Assembly: GCA_951813565.1 (NCBI GenBank) | Contig: OX638351.1 | Span: 4,160,001 to 4,224,000 of the forward strand | Direction: 5' to 3' | DNA length: 64,000 nucleotides | From: an uncultured Poribacteria bacterium | GTDB lineage: Bacteria > Poribacteria > WGA-4E > WGA-3G | Part shown: positions 17,906 through 28,163 of the stretch, piece by piece | Position numbering within the stretch: position 1 is the first letter of the stretch | Layout: each line of letters begins with the position of its first letter | Notes under the pieces: model-generated | Seen by the model: the letters and a program-made list of their open reading frames with translations, nothing else | What the model was told of the DNA's origin: nothing | Database searches by the model: none | Program-made: the position numbers and the translations under genes

Positions 17906-18484
17906 TACAGTCTATCTCAGAAATCGTTAAATACGTTTCCTTACACAGGATCTACATTCATCGTAGGGGCGGGTCCCTGTGCCCGTATAGGTGTCAATTT
18001 AAGAACAAAATTGCTAAATTTTCTCTTGTGGGAGGGAAACCTTGTCCGCCCGATTGAACGAGATTCAAGCAGAAAATCCAAATCAAGAAATCAACGGTAT
18101 GAACGACATTTAGTCATTCACCGGGTATGAATGCCTTATGGCATTCCCCGTATGGCATGCTGCCAAATCAACGCTGAATGCGCGTGTAGGCATTCATCCA
18201 AATCAACGCAGCATGCGCGTATGGCATGCTGCCAAATCAACGCTGAATGCGCGTGTAGGCATTCATCGGGGTTGAAAACCCGCCAAATGCCAAAAAGCGC
18301 ATTTGGCGTTGATTCACTCCCACAAGAGGATATATCCTTAAATTGACACCTATGGGGCGGGTCCCTGTGCCCGCCCATTGTTTCCACTTATGAGAGAGAT
18401 GGCGAGGCACCAAATCAACGGTCCGAATGCCTTATGGCATTCCCCGGGACCTCGCCCTACAAATGATTTATGAGATACGCTCTA
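17906..18484. mobile_element. ATCTCA(T/G)AAAT-family MITE (TA-bounded) enclosing a REP doublet and nested elements
   Basis: TACAGTCTATCTCAGAAAT / ATTTATGAGATACGCTCTA (15/19 match). Related ends at 27097/27277 and 15777/17810. Confidence 0.55.
17986..18354. mobile_element. IS4-like MITE with a perfect 19-bp flanking direct repeat
   Basis: TIR (T)ATAGGTGTCAATTTAAG / CTTAAATTGACACCTAT(G). Direct repeat GGGCGGGTCCCTGTGCCCG at 17967-17985 and 18355-18373. Confidence 0.85.
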
Positions 18485-18573
18485 GTGTTACTGAGAGTTT
18501 ATATTCTCCGTTAGTAAGTGTTTGCGAAACCCAACAATTGCCTATATGTGTCGGGTTTCGCTATCGCTCTACC

Positions 18574-18921
18574 CTTATGTGTCAACTTAAGGATTTTCCG
18601 AATATGAATAATGTTCTTGAATCCCATAGGGATGCTATGTTTATAGCACGCTGTAAAGCGCCTCTTTAGCACCAGCGGTGGCAGCAAGCGCGTGTGGCAT
18701 GCTGCATGAGGTGTATCCTAAACAAACATATACACCTTTCGCCCCTCTGGGGCTTTGTGAATGGGTGTTAAGACTGTTCTGGACACCTTTCGCCCCTCTG
18801 GGGCTGAAACACACTTAAAAATACAGGTTAATTTCCTTAAGTTGACACCCGTCAAATGCCACAAGCGCATTTGGCGTTGATTTGGCTGAATGCCATAAAG
18901 CATCCACAGCGTTGATTTATA
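18574..18921. mobile_element. IS4-like MITE (second subfamily); right TIR interrupted by two hairpin units
   Basis: CTTATGTGTCAACTTAAG ... CTTAAGTTGACACC[units]TATA. Flanking repeat ggtttcgct(at/gc)cgctctacc is 20 bp. Confidence 0.65.
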
Positions 18922-18976
18922 GGTTTCGCTGCCGCTCTACCCAACGGACATTTATATTTGGATTTTATTATAGAAC

Positions 18977-19648
18977 TCACGTCATACTACGTTCAATTGA
19001 CCAGTGCCGATCAGTACTTTGGACGACAACTGCGCCGGGCATGCCCATCTGTATCAACATTTGATTGACTTCGGCAAGTGTGAAGGCAGCAAGGAAGGAA
19101 TCGTAATAGAGTTTCTGTTGATACGGGGTATCATCTGCGGCATAACGGTCGACAAAAGCTTGTGCATCTGCTGGCGTTTCTGGACGAATGAGGTCGCGAA
19201 TTAAAACCACCCCGTTCTGCTTCACAACTCTGCCCATCTCTTGGAGTGCTTTCATAGCATCATGAATATGATGTACAATGCTGTTGGAGATGAGTCCGTC
19301 AAAAGTATTGTCGGGATAGGGTAATGTTTTGGCATCAACATGTTTAAGCGTTATCTGATCGGTGAGATCGGCATCCGAGACATGGCGTTTCGCTATTTTT
19401 AACATCTCCTCGGATAGGTCTATGGCGGTGATGTGGATATTTGGACAACGTTGTGCGAGTAGGATGGGGATTTGGGCAGGTCCAGTGCCGACATCAAGAA
19501 AATGTCCTGTGTCTGCCCCGAGTTCAATAACCCGATTAACAAAGGCATCATCAACCTCTCCATGCTCCATCGCATCGTAAGCCTCGGCGGCTTCCGCTGT
19601 GTCCATGACTTCTGGTTCTACAATTCGTTTCATTTTCGGTTCTTTCAT
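18977..19648 (-). CDS. Class I SAM-dependent methyltransferase
   Basis: FLDVGTGPA, IDLSEEML and LPYPDNTFD motifs. Confidence 0.92.
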   Translation of the reverse strand: MKEPKMKRIVEPEVMDTAEAAEAYDAMEHGEVDDAFVNRVIELGADTGHFLDVGTGPAQIPILLAQRCPNIHITAIDLSEEMLKIAKRHVSDADLTDQITLKHVDAKTLPYPDNTFDGLISNSIVHHIHDAMKALQEMGRVVKQNGVVLIRDLIRPETPADAQAFVDRYAADDTPYQQKLYYDSFLAAFTLAEVNQMLIQMGMPGAVVVQSTDRHWSIERSMT

Positions 19649-19659
19649 GCATTGCGCGC

Positions 19660-20454
19660 TTAGTAAAGTGCGCTTACCAGTGGTGTGGATAAGTTAGCGA
19701 CAGTCAGTGCGTTTTGGCGAATCTGGTCAGGTTGGAATTGGGTGGACATCCCGACTGCCATAGCGTCAATTGGTTTTATATTTTCGAGTGCAAACTGAAA
19801 AGCTCCATGTGGTTCATTTCTACCTGCCGCTAATACCTTTATAGCAATTATAGGCATCGGCACCGCTTGAATAGCAGCGACTGCAGCATCACGGTCATCT
19901 GGCAGATATAGTTCTCTGTGCCGTGTATGATTATACAACGCACAGACATAAAAGTCAACATCATATCCTTCTGTGTAGCAGTATTTTAGGATTTGTGGGT
20001 CGTGCGTGCCGATACCGACTGCACATCCGAGGTCACGGATACGTTTGAGACTATCGTTCAATGAATTGAGTTGTCCTTGAGCATATAACTCATCAGTGGT
20101 GCCGCCGTGATGATAGATTGCAATTGGTTTGTAGCAAGCGATAATTTTGAGGTAGTCGTTGAGGTCACTATATTCTGTTGGCTTCGGTGTTTGCGCAATC
20201 CACTGAATTGTGCCACCTGCGTTCCAGTATTCATTGAGCGTGCGCATGATATGCTTATCTGCCCGCGCAAGCACGGTGTTAATACCGCTCTGTTCCGCTT
20301 GTGAAAGGTCCGCCATAATTTGATGTGTCGTATAGTAATCCTCCATCGCTTTTGATGCAGCAGGAGATTGATGCGAGATGCCGCTATACGGATTACCACC
20401 AATAATGAGGCGTGTGATGTTATGGGATGCGATGGAAATTGCTGGTATTTTCAC
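19660..20454 (-). CDS. Aldo/keto reductase-like protein
   Basis: ITRLIIGGNP N-terminus and IAIKVLAAGR motif. GTG start with AAGGA RBS. Confidence 0.75.
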   Translation of the reverse strand: MKIPAISIASHNITRLIIGGNPYSGISHQSPAASKAMEDYYTTHQIMADLSQAEQSGINTVLARADKHIMRTLNEYWNAGGTIQWIAQTPKPTEYSDLNDYLKIIACYKPIAIYHHGGTTDELYAQGQLNSLNDSLKRIRDLGCAVGIGTHDPQILKYCYTEGYDVDFYVCALYNHTRHRELYLPDDRDAAVAAIQAVPMPIIAIKVLAAGRNEPHGAFQFALENIKPIDAMAVGMSTQFQPDQIRQNALTVANLSTPLVSALY

Positions 20455-20488
20455 AGGACGTTTCCTTAATCATTAGAACGGACATCAA

Positions 20489-20563
20489 TACACAACTAAA
20501 CACAAAGTTTCATTACACAACTAAACACAAAGTTTCATTACACAACTAAACACAAAGTTTCAT
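20489..20563. repeat. Perfect tandem repeat, 25 bp x3 (TACACAACTAAACACAAAGTTTCAT)
   Basis: Three identical abutting units, overlapping the stop codon of the upstream minus-strand gene. Confidence 0.95.
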
Positions 20564-21774
20564 TTTTGTGACTCTTCAGGCGTTGCTAACACGTAGGCGT
20601 AGTTTTTTCCAACGGCTATGCTGATCGGATGTTGCTCCTGAAGTGTTGTAGCAGATATAAAACGATGTTTTGCTTGCGCATCGAGGTCAATAACAGAAAG
20701 AAAACCCTTTGCGTTTACTACGTAAAGCAAATTCTGAGAAATTTGGAAATCAGTGATCGGTCCTAATAGATTATTTTCTTCAATGTCTATTGTTTCGGAC
20801 CATTGGTCTTGCATGGCGAACTGAATCTTGTTTGAACGTTCAACATAAGCATCTGTAGGTTTTCCTCGGGTGAGCGTCTTTTTCCCTGTCAAGTAGAGAT
20901 AAGCGAGATAGTTCCCCTCTAAGTTGTAGTGTTCAAGCCACTCCCACATATAAGGACGAACTTGGTTCTTTCCCCAGACGATAGTAATATCGCGATTTGG
21001 ATATCTATAACTTATCAATACCAGATTGTTATCGGTAACGCGGACCTTCTCATATCTACCACTTATCTCTAAGAGGTCGGTTCTATCTGAAAGTGCTGCC
21101 CAACCAGGGTCAGTAGAGTGTCTATGCTGCATCAGAATCTGTTCTACTTCTGTTCCTTTAGCTCTAACACCTACTAACGATGAAGGAGATATTGTCCCAA
21201 CAGACTCAACGAATTGAGCATTCCCGTTGTCTAAGGAATAAATGTGCAGATAGTCATGGATATCCATAATATATAGGTAGGATTTATGGATATCGAATTC
21301 TCTTATTACGTTTGCCTGGTGTAGTTTCACCATAGATTGATTCACTGGTTGAAGTCGATTGGAAACGTCTACGAGATAAATCTTCTGCTTGCTTGCAACA
21401 TAAACATGATTTCCAGATACGCGTGCCTTACCGATTCTGTCGGGGAACGCTATTGATGCCATATATGATGGTTGTTGTGGGTTGGAAACATCAATGACGT
21501 GTAGATGATTTTCAGATGTGACATAAGCGTGTTTCCCTGAAAGGACAACATTGTTGTTTTGACTAACACGAAACGGTAGGTTGATAGAAGTCATGAGTGC
21601 TGGATTTTTCGGATCTGTCGTGTCTACAACCGTGAAAATGTTCTCTTGCGGTTTTGCCTCGGCAACCGTATTTTGACTCTGCTCAAGAATACTCAGGTTA
21701 CACCCAATATTAATAATTGCGATTAACGTTATTATGACAAAAGTATAAGTTGACTTTGCAAAATCTATTCGCAC
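20560..21774 (-). CDS. LVIVD-repeat lipoprotein
   Basis: Lipobox NIGC; repeats such as SGKHAYV..LHVIDVSNPQQP and YLVDVSN. Confidence 0.8.
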   Translation of the reverse strand: MRIDFAKSTYTFVIITLIAIINIGCNLSILEQSQNTVAEAKPQENIFTVVDTTDPKNPALMTSINLPFRVSQNNNVVLSGKHAYVTSENHLHVIDVSNPQQPSYMASIAFPDRIGKARVSGNHVYVASKQKIYLVDVSNRLQPVNQSMVKLHQANVIREFDIHKSYLYIMDIHDYLHIYSLDNGNAQFVESVGTISPSSLVGVRAKGTEVEQILMQHRHSTDPGWAALSDRTDLLEISGRYEKVRVTDNNLVLISYRYPNRDITIVWGKNQVRPYMWEWLEHYNLEGNYLAYLYLTGKKTLTRGKPTDAYVERSNKIQFAMQDQWSETIDIEENNLLGPITDFQISQNLLYVVNAKGFLSVIDLDAQAKHRFISATTLQEQHPISIAVGKNYAYVLATPEESQK

Positions 21775-22035
21775 TGTTTATCTCCTCTGTAATGATTACG
21801 CTAACGATATTACGTCACTTTACTGGTTTGCACATAGGCTTTGCCATTTACTATTGTCTATGTATGAGCAATTTCTGTGCCAGTGCCGAACATAGTAAAT
21901 ATGCGGATAAGCGCGCAGATTGAGGTTTGAATTGCACAAAAAGGGGCAAAAGTGAAATTATATGTACAATTTTGTGCAGATGTGGAAAGAAAAATGAAGA
22001 GATTGTGGGACAGCAGAGATGCTGTCCCGTGAGGA

Positions 22036-22983
22036 TTATCGGATAGCGATCGGATTACCGGGTGAACCCGTAGCACCTTTCAGACGAAGCGGCGCGAAAC
22101 TGAAGGCAAATTCATAGACCTCGTCCGCTGCTAATTCCTCTGTGATGATGTTCTCAAGATTGTAAATACCGTGTTTGACGATAAACAGCTGATGTACTGG
22201 AAACGCAAGAGATTCATCCGGATTAGGGACAACCTCAATGCCCCAGTTATCACAACATGCCATCACAATCTTTTGTTCGACGAGGTATTGTCCTGCTTCT
22301 AAGCCGATGCCGGGTTCTGTTGCACTATAACGTTCATTATCTGTCATCCAGTATTTTCCCCAGCCAGTATGAATAACCACAACGTCGCCAGGGGTAATTT
22401 TTACGCCTTGCTTTTTCAATGCGCCCTCTAAATCAGCGCGCGTAATTTCATAACTATCGCCAAGCACTTCAACACCTTTAAAGCCAGCAACATCAATCAG
22501 GACACCGCGGGTTACGATGGGTCCCACATTTTCAACACCGAGTTCTGTCAATCCTTCTGCTTTGGCAAAATCGTGTTGATCCAATCCGTTGTAAAAATGG
22601 TCACCGATCCCGATGTGACCGAGTCCATCAAATTGAGTGCCGATCTGCCCGATTTCACCACTGAAAATCTCCTCAAACCAAGTTGTTTTATTTTCACCGA
22701 GTGGACCGGACATCGCTGGAATCCGAAGGCTATAATGCCGCGTGCCGAAAACAGGAATACCGCTTTCATAGACTCTGCCGAGTTGATATACTTCGCCAGT
22801 TTTGATCAGGCTTGCAGCTTGTAGCACTTTTTGCGGTGTTAATCGGTTTGCTGCCCCGCGCCTATCATCTGCTCCCCATTCGGATGGAAACCATGATTCT
22901 TGGGTTAGGGTAACGGTTGCTGTCAATGCAACTAATCCAAATGCAATCACAAATATTAAGATACGTTTCGGTTTGTTAAACAT
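22036..22983 (-). CDS. Cyclase family (kynurenine formamidase-like) metal hydrolase, exported
   Basis: GTQFDGLGH, RGVLIDV, GDVVVIHTGW and GATGSPGNPIAI motifs; signal peptide. Confidence 0.88.
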   Translation of the reverse strand: MFNKPKRILIFVIAFGLVALTATVTLTQESWFPSEWGADDRRGAANRLTPQKVLQAASLIKTGEVYQLGRVYESGIPVFGTRHYSLRIPAMSGPLGENKTTWFEEIFSGEIGQIGTQFDGLGHIGIGDHFYNGLDQHDFAKAEGLTELGVENVGPIVTRGVLIDVAGFKGVEVLGDSYEITRADLEGALKKQGVKITPGDVVVIHTGWGKYWMTDNERYSATEPGIGLEAGQYLVEQKIVMACCDNWGIEVVPNPDESLAFPVHQLFIVKHGIYNLENIITEELAADEVYEFAFSFAPLRLKGATGSPGNPIAIR

Positions 22984-23002
22984 TGTTGCCTCCTTTTCAT
23001 AA

Positions 23003-26000
23003 TTAATTGTTGCCTAAAATGCTTGCTAAAATAGCACGCTGTAACTTAGTCGTCTCTGTCTTTTTAGTGATACGAACGCTTGCATCCCTTGTCGTTGGTG
23101 GATTTTCGACAACTCCACTTAGCGTAATTGGTAGAGTGAGCGTTTCCTCATTTTCTATGATTGTTACCGTTAGTTCGTCACCAGATTTCCACGTTTTAGC
23201 GTTCTCGCGAAGGTCAGCAAACTTTTCGACTTTCGTACCGTTTAGAGAAATCAGACGCCACTTTTCTTTCTGTAAACTGGTTTTAAGAACGTCAATAATA
23301 TAATCGGTTGTTGGTAATTCTTCGCTGTATTCTATCTGAACATCTAAGCCAGCATAGTTAAAATATTCAGAGATCGGAAGTCTCTCTTTTCCTGTGACGT
23401 ATTTTTCAAAAAATGGGTCAAAATCTTTACCTGTGACTTTATTGACAGTTCTAATGATGTCGCGCTGTGTATATTCTATAGAATTATCAGGAAACTTTCG
23501 ATACATCTGCTGCATAACGTGATTAAAATTTTTTCTGTTTTTTGTGAGGTGGCGAATTTGTAAGTCTAATGAAGCTGCGACAAGACTACCGCCTTCATAT
23601 AGAAGACGGCTATCCCTAAAATCATCACCGATTGCATATTCGTGAGAAACCGCCAGATATTTTTCGCATGCATCCTCAATTCGCTCAAAAAATTCACTTT
23701 CAGATAGATAGTTGAGTTGCTTTGCTGTAATATCAGAATAGTAATTCGTTACCCCTTCAGTGAACCATCTTTCCTTTGATGTAAAAGGATTAAGTGCCGT
23801 GAGTCCATTCCAGATATGAAATACTTCATGCCCAAGAAAAGGTGCCCATTCATGTTTTGTTTGTGCATGCAAAGTTTCATCCATCAAGATACTAACACTG
23901 TGCCTGCGACCGTGCCCTTCCATCCGTTTTTTGCCTTCTCCTTCATACGGATTTACGAAAAACACCACGCGACCTTCTGGACCCCCTTTAAAAACCTTTG
24001 AATAAGCGTGTAGAAACTTTTCAACAGTACGCTGCATCTCATCTTTTGATGCTTTTAGACTACCACCCATGCCAATCACAACCTCAGTCTTGTCTGATTG
24101 TGCTACAACTTCAACGTGTTCACCTATTAGTAAATAGTTCAGAGTTAATTCTTCTTGATTTTCAACAGAGAACCGATGTCCCGTAATTCCGATTCGTTTC
24201 CAAGGTGTTAGTACTTTCCAACCATCAGGAAGTTTAAACTCTACATCAATGCTGTCGTTTTTTCCACCAACAATAAATAAATCACCACTTGACCAAAGCA
24301 TGCAATCATCTCGGAAATAGGGACGTGTCTTTGAGTATGATCCATGTCCGTACCGTTTAGTTTGGAAAGCCTTGTAATCTTCAGCATATTTTTGCGATAT
24401 TTCGTAGTTTAAAGTAATAGGACTTTTGTTACCGTGTTTAAAAAATTTAATATTCCAAACTGGGTAAGGGGATTTCGTAAAATGAGGAAATCCAATTGGT
24501 CGGGGTTCAACGTTTAAGCCACGCATGGCTGGGTGATTCATTGAAGTATATTCACTGTCATCAGGGACATACTGATTATGCTGTGGAATATAATTACTAT
24601 CACCGTTGAGACGTAACTGCAACTTTTCGAGACTCGGGTCTTTGGGAGTTAATCTGTAACTTATTTGCATTTCCCCTCGCTCCTTCGGATCATCAATAGT
24701 TACGACGTAGGTTGCAATTTTGAGAGGCGTTTCTGGTTGAATATTTGGGTCACTGACAAGAAGCTTCTCAATAAGCGGTTTAGGTTGGTAATTGTTATGC
24801 CATCTATAAGTCCAGGTTGTATCAACATTCAAAGGGAAATACTCGTTACTTTCTCCTGGTACATTGTAGTCTATCAATTCAGCTTCTGTAACAACGCCGT
24901 TTGAATGTTCGTAACGCATCTTCACCAGTCCGACTCCTTTTGCAAACCATAGATACCGCGTCCCATTAATCAGCTCACTTTTCAATTCAGTGTCAGCCTC
25001 AGCACCTGTGAAGACAGTTTTGTGTTTGAGGCACTTCTGGAAATCGCCTGCAGCACACTTAACCGCTTCATAATCTTCTATGGTTGTCTGTACCTGTGAG
25101 TTCCATAAACCTTCTTTACGCCACGTTTTTCCAACAGTCAATGGAAACTGGAATAATTCTGGCCAGTGGCCTTCAATATTATCTGAAAATATGCTTGTGG
25201 GATATTCTATAACTGAAGTAGACTTTACTATAGGTCGTGAACTTGCTTGTCTGATTGTCAGTGCTGATCTTGTATTTTTGATGTAAAAATCTCTTTTGCC
25301 TAACTCTTGACCAGATTCCGATTTAACTTTTACAGTGAGATGTAGGGAACCTTTATGCCGTTCCCTATTGATATGATTAACGTCCAGATGTGCTTGTTCA
25401 AAAAAGACTTCGTTATGATAATCGTTTTTCCACCGATACGTCCATGTTGAACCGATATTTAGTGGGAAGTATTCGTTACTTTCACCCGATAATTTGTAAT
25501 CGACTAATTCAGCGTAGGTATTAATTCCGTTTGAATGTTCATAGCGCATCTTTACCAATCCGACACCCTTTGCAAACCATAAATAACGTGTCCCGTTAAT
25601 TATCTCTTTTTCCAATCTGCTTCCAATGTGAGCACCGGTGATGACTGTTTTATGTTTGAGACAATCTGTGAAAGTGGCAAGTGCAATTTCTACCGTTTCA
25701 TAGCCCTCCAGAGTTGTTTCTTTTTTGGAATTCCATCTATATTCCCAGGTTTTTCCTATTGTGATAGGATATTGCAACAGTTCACCATCTGTCTCCAAAG
25801 AAATGTTTTCAAAAAGTAGACGCATAGGATCGACAGCACGATTGAAAGACGATAAATGTGAAAATCGTAAGGTCAAAAAATCGTCAGTTTTGTGGGCGTA
25901 AAGACCCCCTTCGGCAAAATCGTGTCCAATTTCTGTGGCAACTTTGATAGAAATTTTACGTGCCACTTTTTTGGGTGACTCATCGGATGGACTACAAGAT

Positions 26001-26056
26001 GTTAAGACTAAAATCACACAGCAAACTGATAATAAAATTCTCATTTTATTCTCCAT
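23003..26056 (-). CDS. Lipoprotein with duplicated N-terminal domain and C-terminal M61-like zinc metallopeptidase
   Basis: Lipobox LTSC; two copies of CLKHKTV..INGTRYLWFAKGVGLVKMRYEHSNG; GHEVFHIWN...WFTEGVTNY. Confidence 0.85.
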   Translation of the reverse strand: MENKMRILLSVCCVILVLTSCSPSDESPKKVARKISIKVATEIGHDFAEGGLYAHKTDDFLTLRFSHLSSFNRAVDPMRLLFENISLETDGELLQYPITIGKTWEYRWNSKKETTLEGYETVEIALATFTDCLKHKTVITGAHIGSRLEKEIINGTRYLWFAKGVGLVKMRYEHSNGINTYAELVDYKLSGESNEYFPLNIGSTWTYRWKNDYHNEVFFEQAHLDVNHINRERHKGSLHLTVKVKSESGQELGKRDFYIKNTRSALTIRQASSRPIVKSTSVIEYPTSIFSDNIEGHWPELFQFPLTVGKTWRKEGLWNSQVQTTIEDYEAVKCAAGDFQKCLKHKTVFTGAEADTELKSELINGTRYLWFAKGVGLVKMRYEHSNGVVTEAELIDYNVPGESNEYFPLNVDTTWTYRWHNNYQPKPLIEKLLVSDPNIQPETPLKIATYVVTIDDPKERGEMQISYRLTPKDPSLEKLQLRLNGDSNYIPQHNQYVPDDSEYTSMNHPAMRGLNVEPRPIGFPHFTKSPYPVWNIKFFKHGNKSPITLNYEISQKYAEDYKAFQTKRYGHGSYSKTRPYFRDDCMLWSSGDLFIVGGKNDSIDVEFKLPDGWKVLTPWKRIGITGHRFSVENQEELTLNYLLIGEHVEVVAQSDKTEVVIGMGGSLKASKDEMQRTVEKFLHAYSKVFKGGPEGRVVFFVNPYEGEGKKRMEGHGRRHSVSILMDETLHAQTKHEWAPFLGHEVFHIWNGLTALNPFTSKERWFTEGVTNYYSDITAKQLNYLSESEFFERIEDACEKYLAVSHEYAIGDDFRDSRLLYEGGSLVAASLDLQIRHLTKNRKNFNHVMQQMYRKFPDNSIEYTQRDIIRTVNKVTGKDFDPFFEKYVTGKERLPISEYFNYAGLDVQIEYSEELPTTDYIIDVLKTSLQKEKWRLISLNGTKVEKFADLRENAKTWKSGDELTVTIIENEETLTLPITLSGVVENPPTTRDASVRITKKTETTKLQRAILASILGNN

Positions 26057-26104
26057 GTTAGAGTTTAGCAGGGTGCAGAGACCTGCCCTTTAAATTTATT
26101 GTCG

Positions 26105-27079
26105 CTATTGGAAAGAGACACCCAATTTGACACTCCGTTCAGGATGATTGTCCATCTCTATGTAAGCCTCAACAGAATCTTCAAACGGCACAACTGGATC
26201 AACAACATCTTCACATTCAAATCGTCCTTCAACAAGCCACTTCCAACAAGTATTGATGATACGCCGGAAATCCCAACGTGGATGATCGCGATTGGGATCG
26301 CTGTTGGCGCGTGCAAAGATGATGTTCGGAATATTGACATGCGCGACAGCACCGAGGTCAAGCCCGCCAGTACATTCTTTCGCTCGTCCTGCGTAGACGA
26401 TTGTTCCTTCAAAAGTGACGCTGCGAAGTGCATCATCAAGTGCTTTGTAAACTGCACTTGTTTCTACAGCCACATCAACGCCAAGCCCACCGGTCGCTTC
26501 TTTGAGGACTTCTCCGACATTGCAGGCAGTTGGGTCAATGACAAGTTCCGCTCCAGTCTTTTCAGCAACTTTCCGCCGTCTTTCCAGCGGGTCTACGGCA
26601 GCGATGAAGTCAGCTCCAGCGATTCGCGCCATCTGCACTGTCATCAACCCAATAGCACCAAGCCCAAAGACAGCAACACGCTCGCCAACGCGGACTTTTC
26701 CATCACGAATTGCGGACATTGCAAAGTGCGCTGGATCATAACAGACTGCCTCTTTCCACGTCATCTGGTCTGGCATCTTGAGGACACTGCCCGCGCGCCA
26801 CGTGTGCGTCTCTTTGAGATGTCCGTGGTTAGCAACGCGTTCGCCTATCTCAAAGGCTTCCACATCATCGCCGATTTCAGTAATTCTTCCGACGCACATA
26901 TTCCCAAGTCTCAGTGGAAATTTTGGGTTGTTGTATCCGTAGTATGCTGTCAGTTCGGTGCCGCGTTTGGGCGCACCGAATTCAACTTGGACACGAACAC
27001 TGTCTGCGGGAACGGGACCATCTTCATATTCTCTTAAAACAGGTTGTCGAGGGGCAACTGCTACTAATTCTTTTGGCAT
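26105..27079 (-). CDS. Zinc-binding alcohol dehydrogenase (MDR) family oxidoreductase
   Basis: VAVFGLGAIG Rossmann motif and GVDVAVE. Start placed at ATG 27079 behind AAGGAG. Confidence 0.88.
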   Translation of the reverse strand: MPKELVAVAPRQPVLREYEDGPVPADSVRVQVEFGAPKRGTELTAYYGYNNPKFPLRLGNMCVGRITEIGDDVEAFEIGERVANHGHLKETHTWRAGSVLKMPDQMTWKEAVCYDPAHFAMSAIRDGKVRVGERVAVFGLGAIGLMTVQMARIAGADFIAAVDPLERRRKVAEKTGAELVIDPTACNVGEVLKEATGGLGVDVAVETSAVYKALDDALRSVTFEGTIVYAGRAKECTGGLDLGAVAHVNIPNIIFARANSDPNRDHPRWDFRRIINTCWKWLVEGRFECEDVVDPVVPFEDSVEAYIEMDNHPERSVKLGVSFQ

Positions 27080-27096
27080 TTTTTCTCCTTTAAAAG

Positions 27097-27277
27097 TAGA
27101 GTGCATCTCATAAATCGGAATTTGTTGTTTCACTACGCTCAATCCAAGCCGTAAAATACTAATGCAAATGTCCGAGGCGCAATAAATTGCGCGACTACAA
27201 ACGCGTTTCTACTGAAGTAAACATTTCTTGAAGATCGCGTTTACAAAGCCCTCCCACGATTTATGAGATAGGTTGTA
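27097..27277. mobile_element. ATCTCATAAAT-family MITE
   Basis: TAGAGTGCATCTCATAAAT / ATTTATGAGATAGGTTGTA imperfect IR. Confidence 0.55.
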
Positions 27278-27521
27278 GTAGGCACACGCCGTGTGCCGTA
27301 ACCTTATTCAGGTAAAATGTAAGAGCCTCAATGAATTGCGCGACTACGAACGCGTTTCTTCCTAATTGCGATTCGGATAGATATACAATTATCGGGCTTG
27401 GAAAGCCCTCCCACAAGAATATCTATCACTAAATTGACACCAACGGTACGGTTAGGAAACCGCACCTACCAAGGCTGGAGAACTACTAAATTTGCACCTA
27501 TGGTAGCTAATGCGGAATACC

Positions 27522-27796
27522 CATAGGTGTAAACTTAAGGATTTTCCGAATATAAAAATGCTCTTCAGTCCCGTGAATCAACGCCAAATAAGCGTTTGGT
27601 ATTTGTCGGGGACGATATGTTGTCGTATCCATCTACCCATCAGAATATGTCGCTCCTACGGAGCTAAATAGGGGTGGTAATACATGGGCTATAAACATAT
27701 CGTCTCTACGAGACTAAATATGGGACAGTCTCAATAATCATGCGTATTTAGAGATGTTTACAATAACACAGATATTTTCTTAAGTTTACACCTATG
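27522..27796. mobile_element. IS4-like MITE
   Basis: Perfect 18-bp TIR CATAGGTGTAAACTTAAG / CTTAAGTTTACACCTATG. Shares the internal start aacttaaggattttccgaatat with 18574. Confidence 0.8.
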
Positions 27797-27911
27797 GGTA
27801 GAGCGAAGCGAAACCCAACAATTTAACCGTCTTGAGAGTCCTAAAGAGTTGGGTTTCACTTATTTTTCGGAAATATCGACCTCAAATAGCTCAACAACCT
27901 CTCTTTACGGT

Positions 27912-28163
27912 CAGGGTTATTTAGTTTTCGATTTTTCGGCTATATTTTTCACATTTTAATATAAACTAATACGTATGCAAAGTAGTAGGCACACGGCGTG
28001 TGCCGCACACCCAAAATGTAAAGCGGACGGCACGCGGAGTGTGCCTACTACCTTTAACAACGCTAAGTGATACATAAGGGTAGAGCACAAGCGAAACCCG
28101 ACGGACGATATAAACTAACAGTAATATTCATTAACTGAAAATTCTTAAAACTAAATAACCCTG
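27912..28163. mobile_element. MITE with 17-bp TIR CAGGGTTATTTAGTTTT and 9-bp TSD CTTTACGGT
   Basis: Perfect TIR and perfect TSD (27903-27911, 28164-28172). Carries a GTAGGCACAC..GTGTGCCTAC REP doublet. Confidence 0.88.

Noticed and set aside
18079..18315. Possible CRISPR array
   Set aside because: The constant part is only about 8 nt, the intervening units are themselves repeated hairpins rather than unique spacers, and no cas genes are present.
20489..20563. Possible CRISPR array or iterons
   Set aside because: The units abut with no spacers and there is no adjacent rep or cas gene.
26099..27037. 312-aa plus-strand ORF
   Set aside because: Antisense shadow of the zinc-binding dehydrogenase with no recognisable motifs. 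The same applies to other long antisense ORFs such as 853-1419 and 54255-54800.
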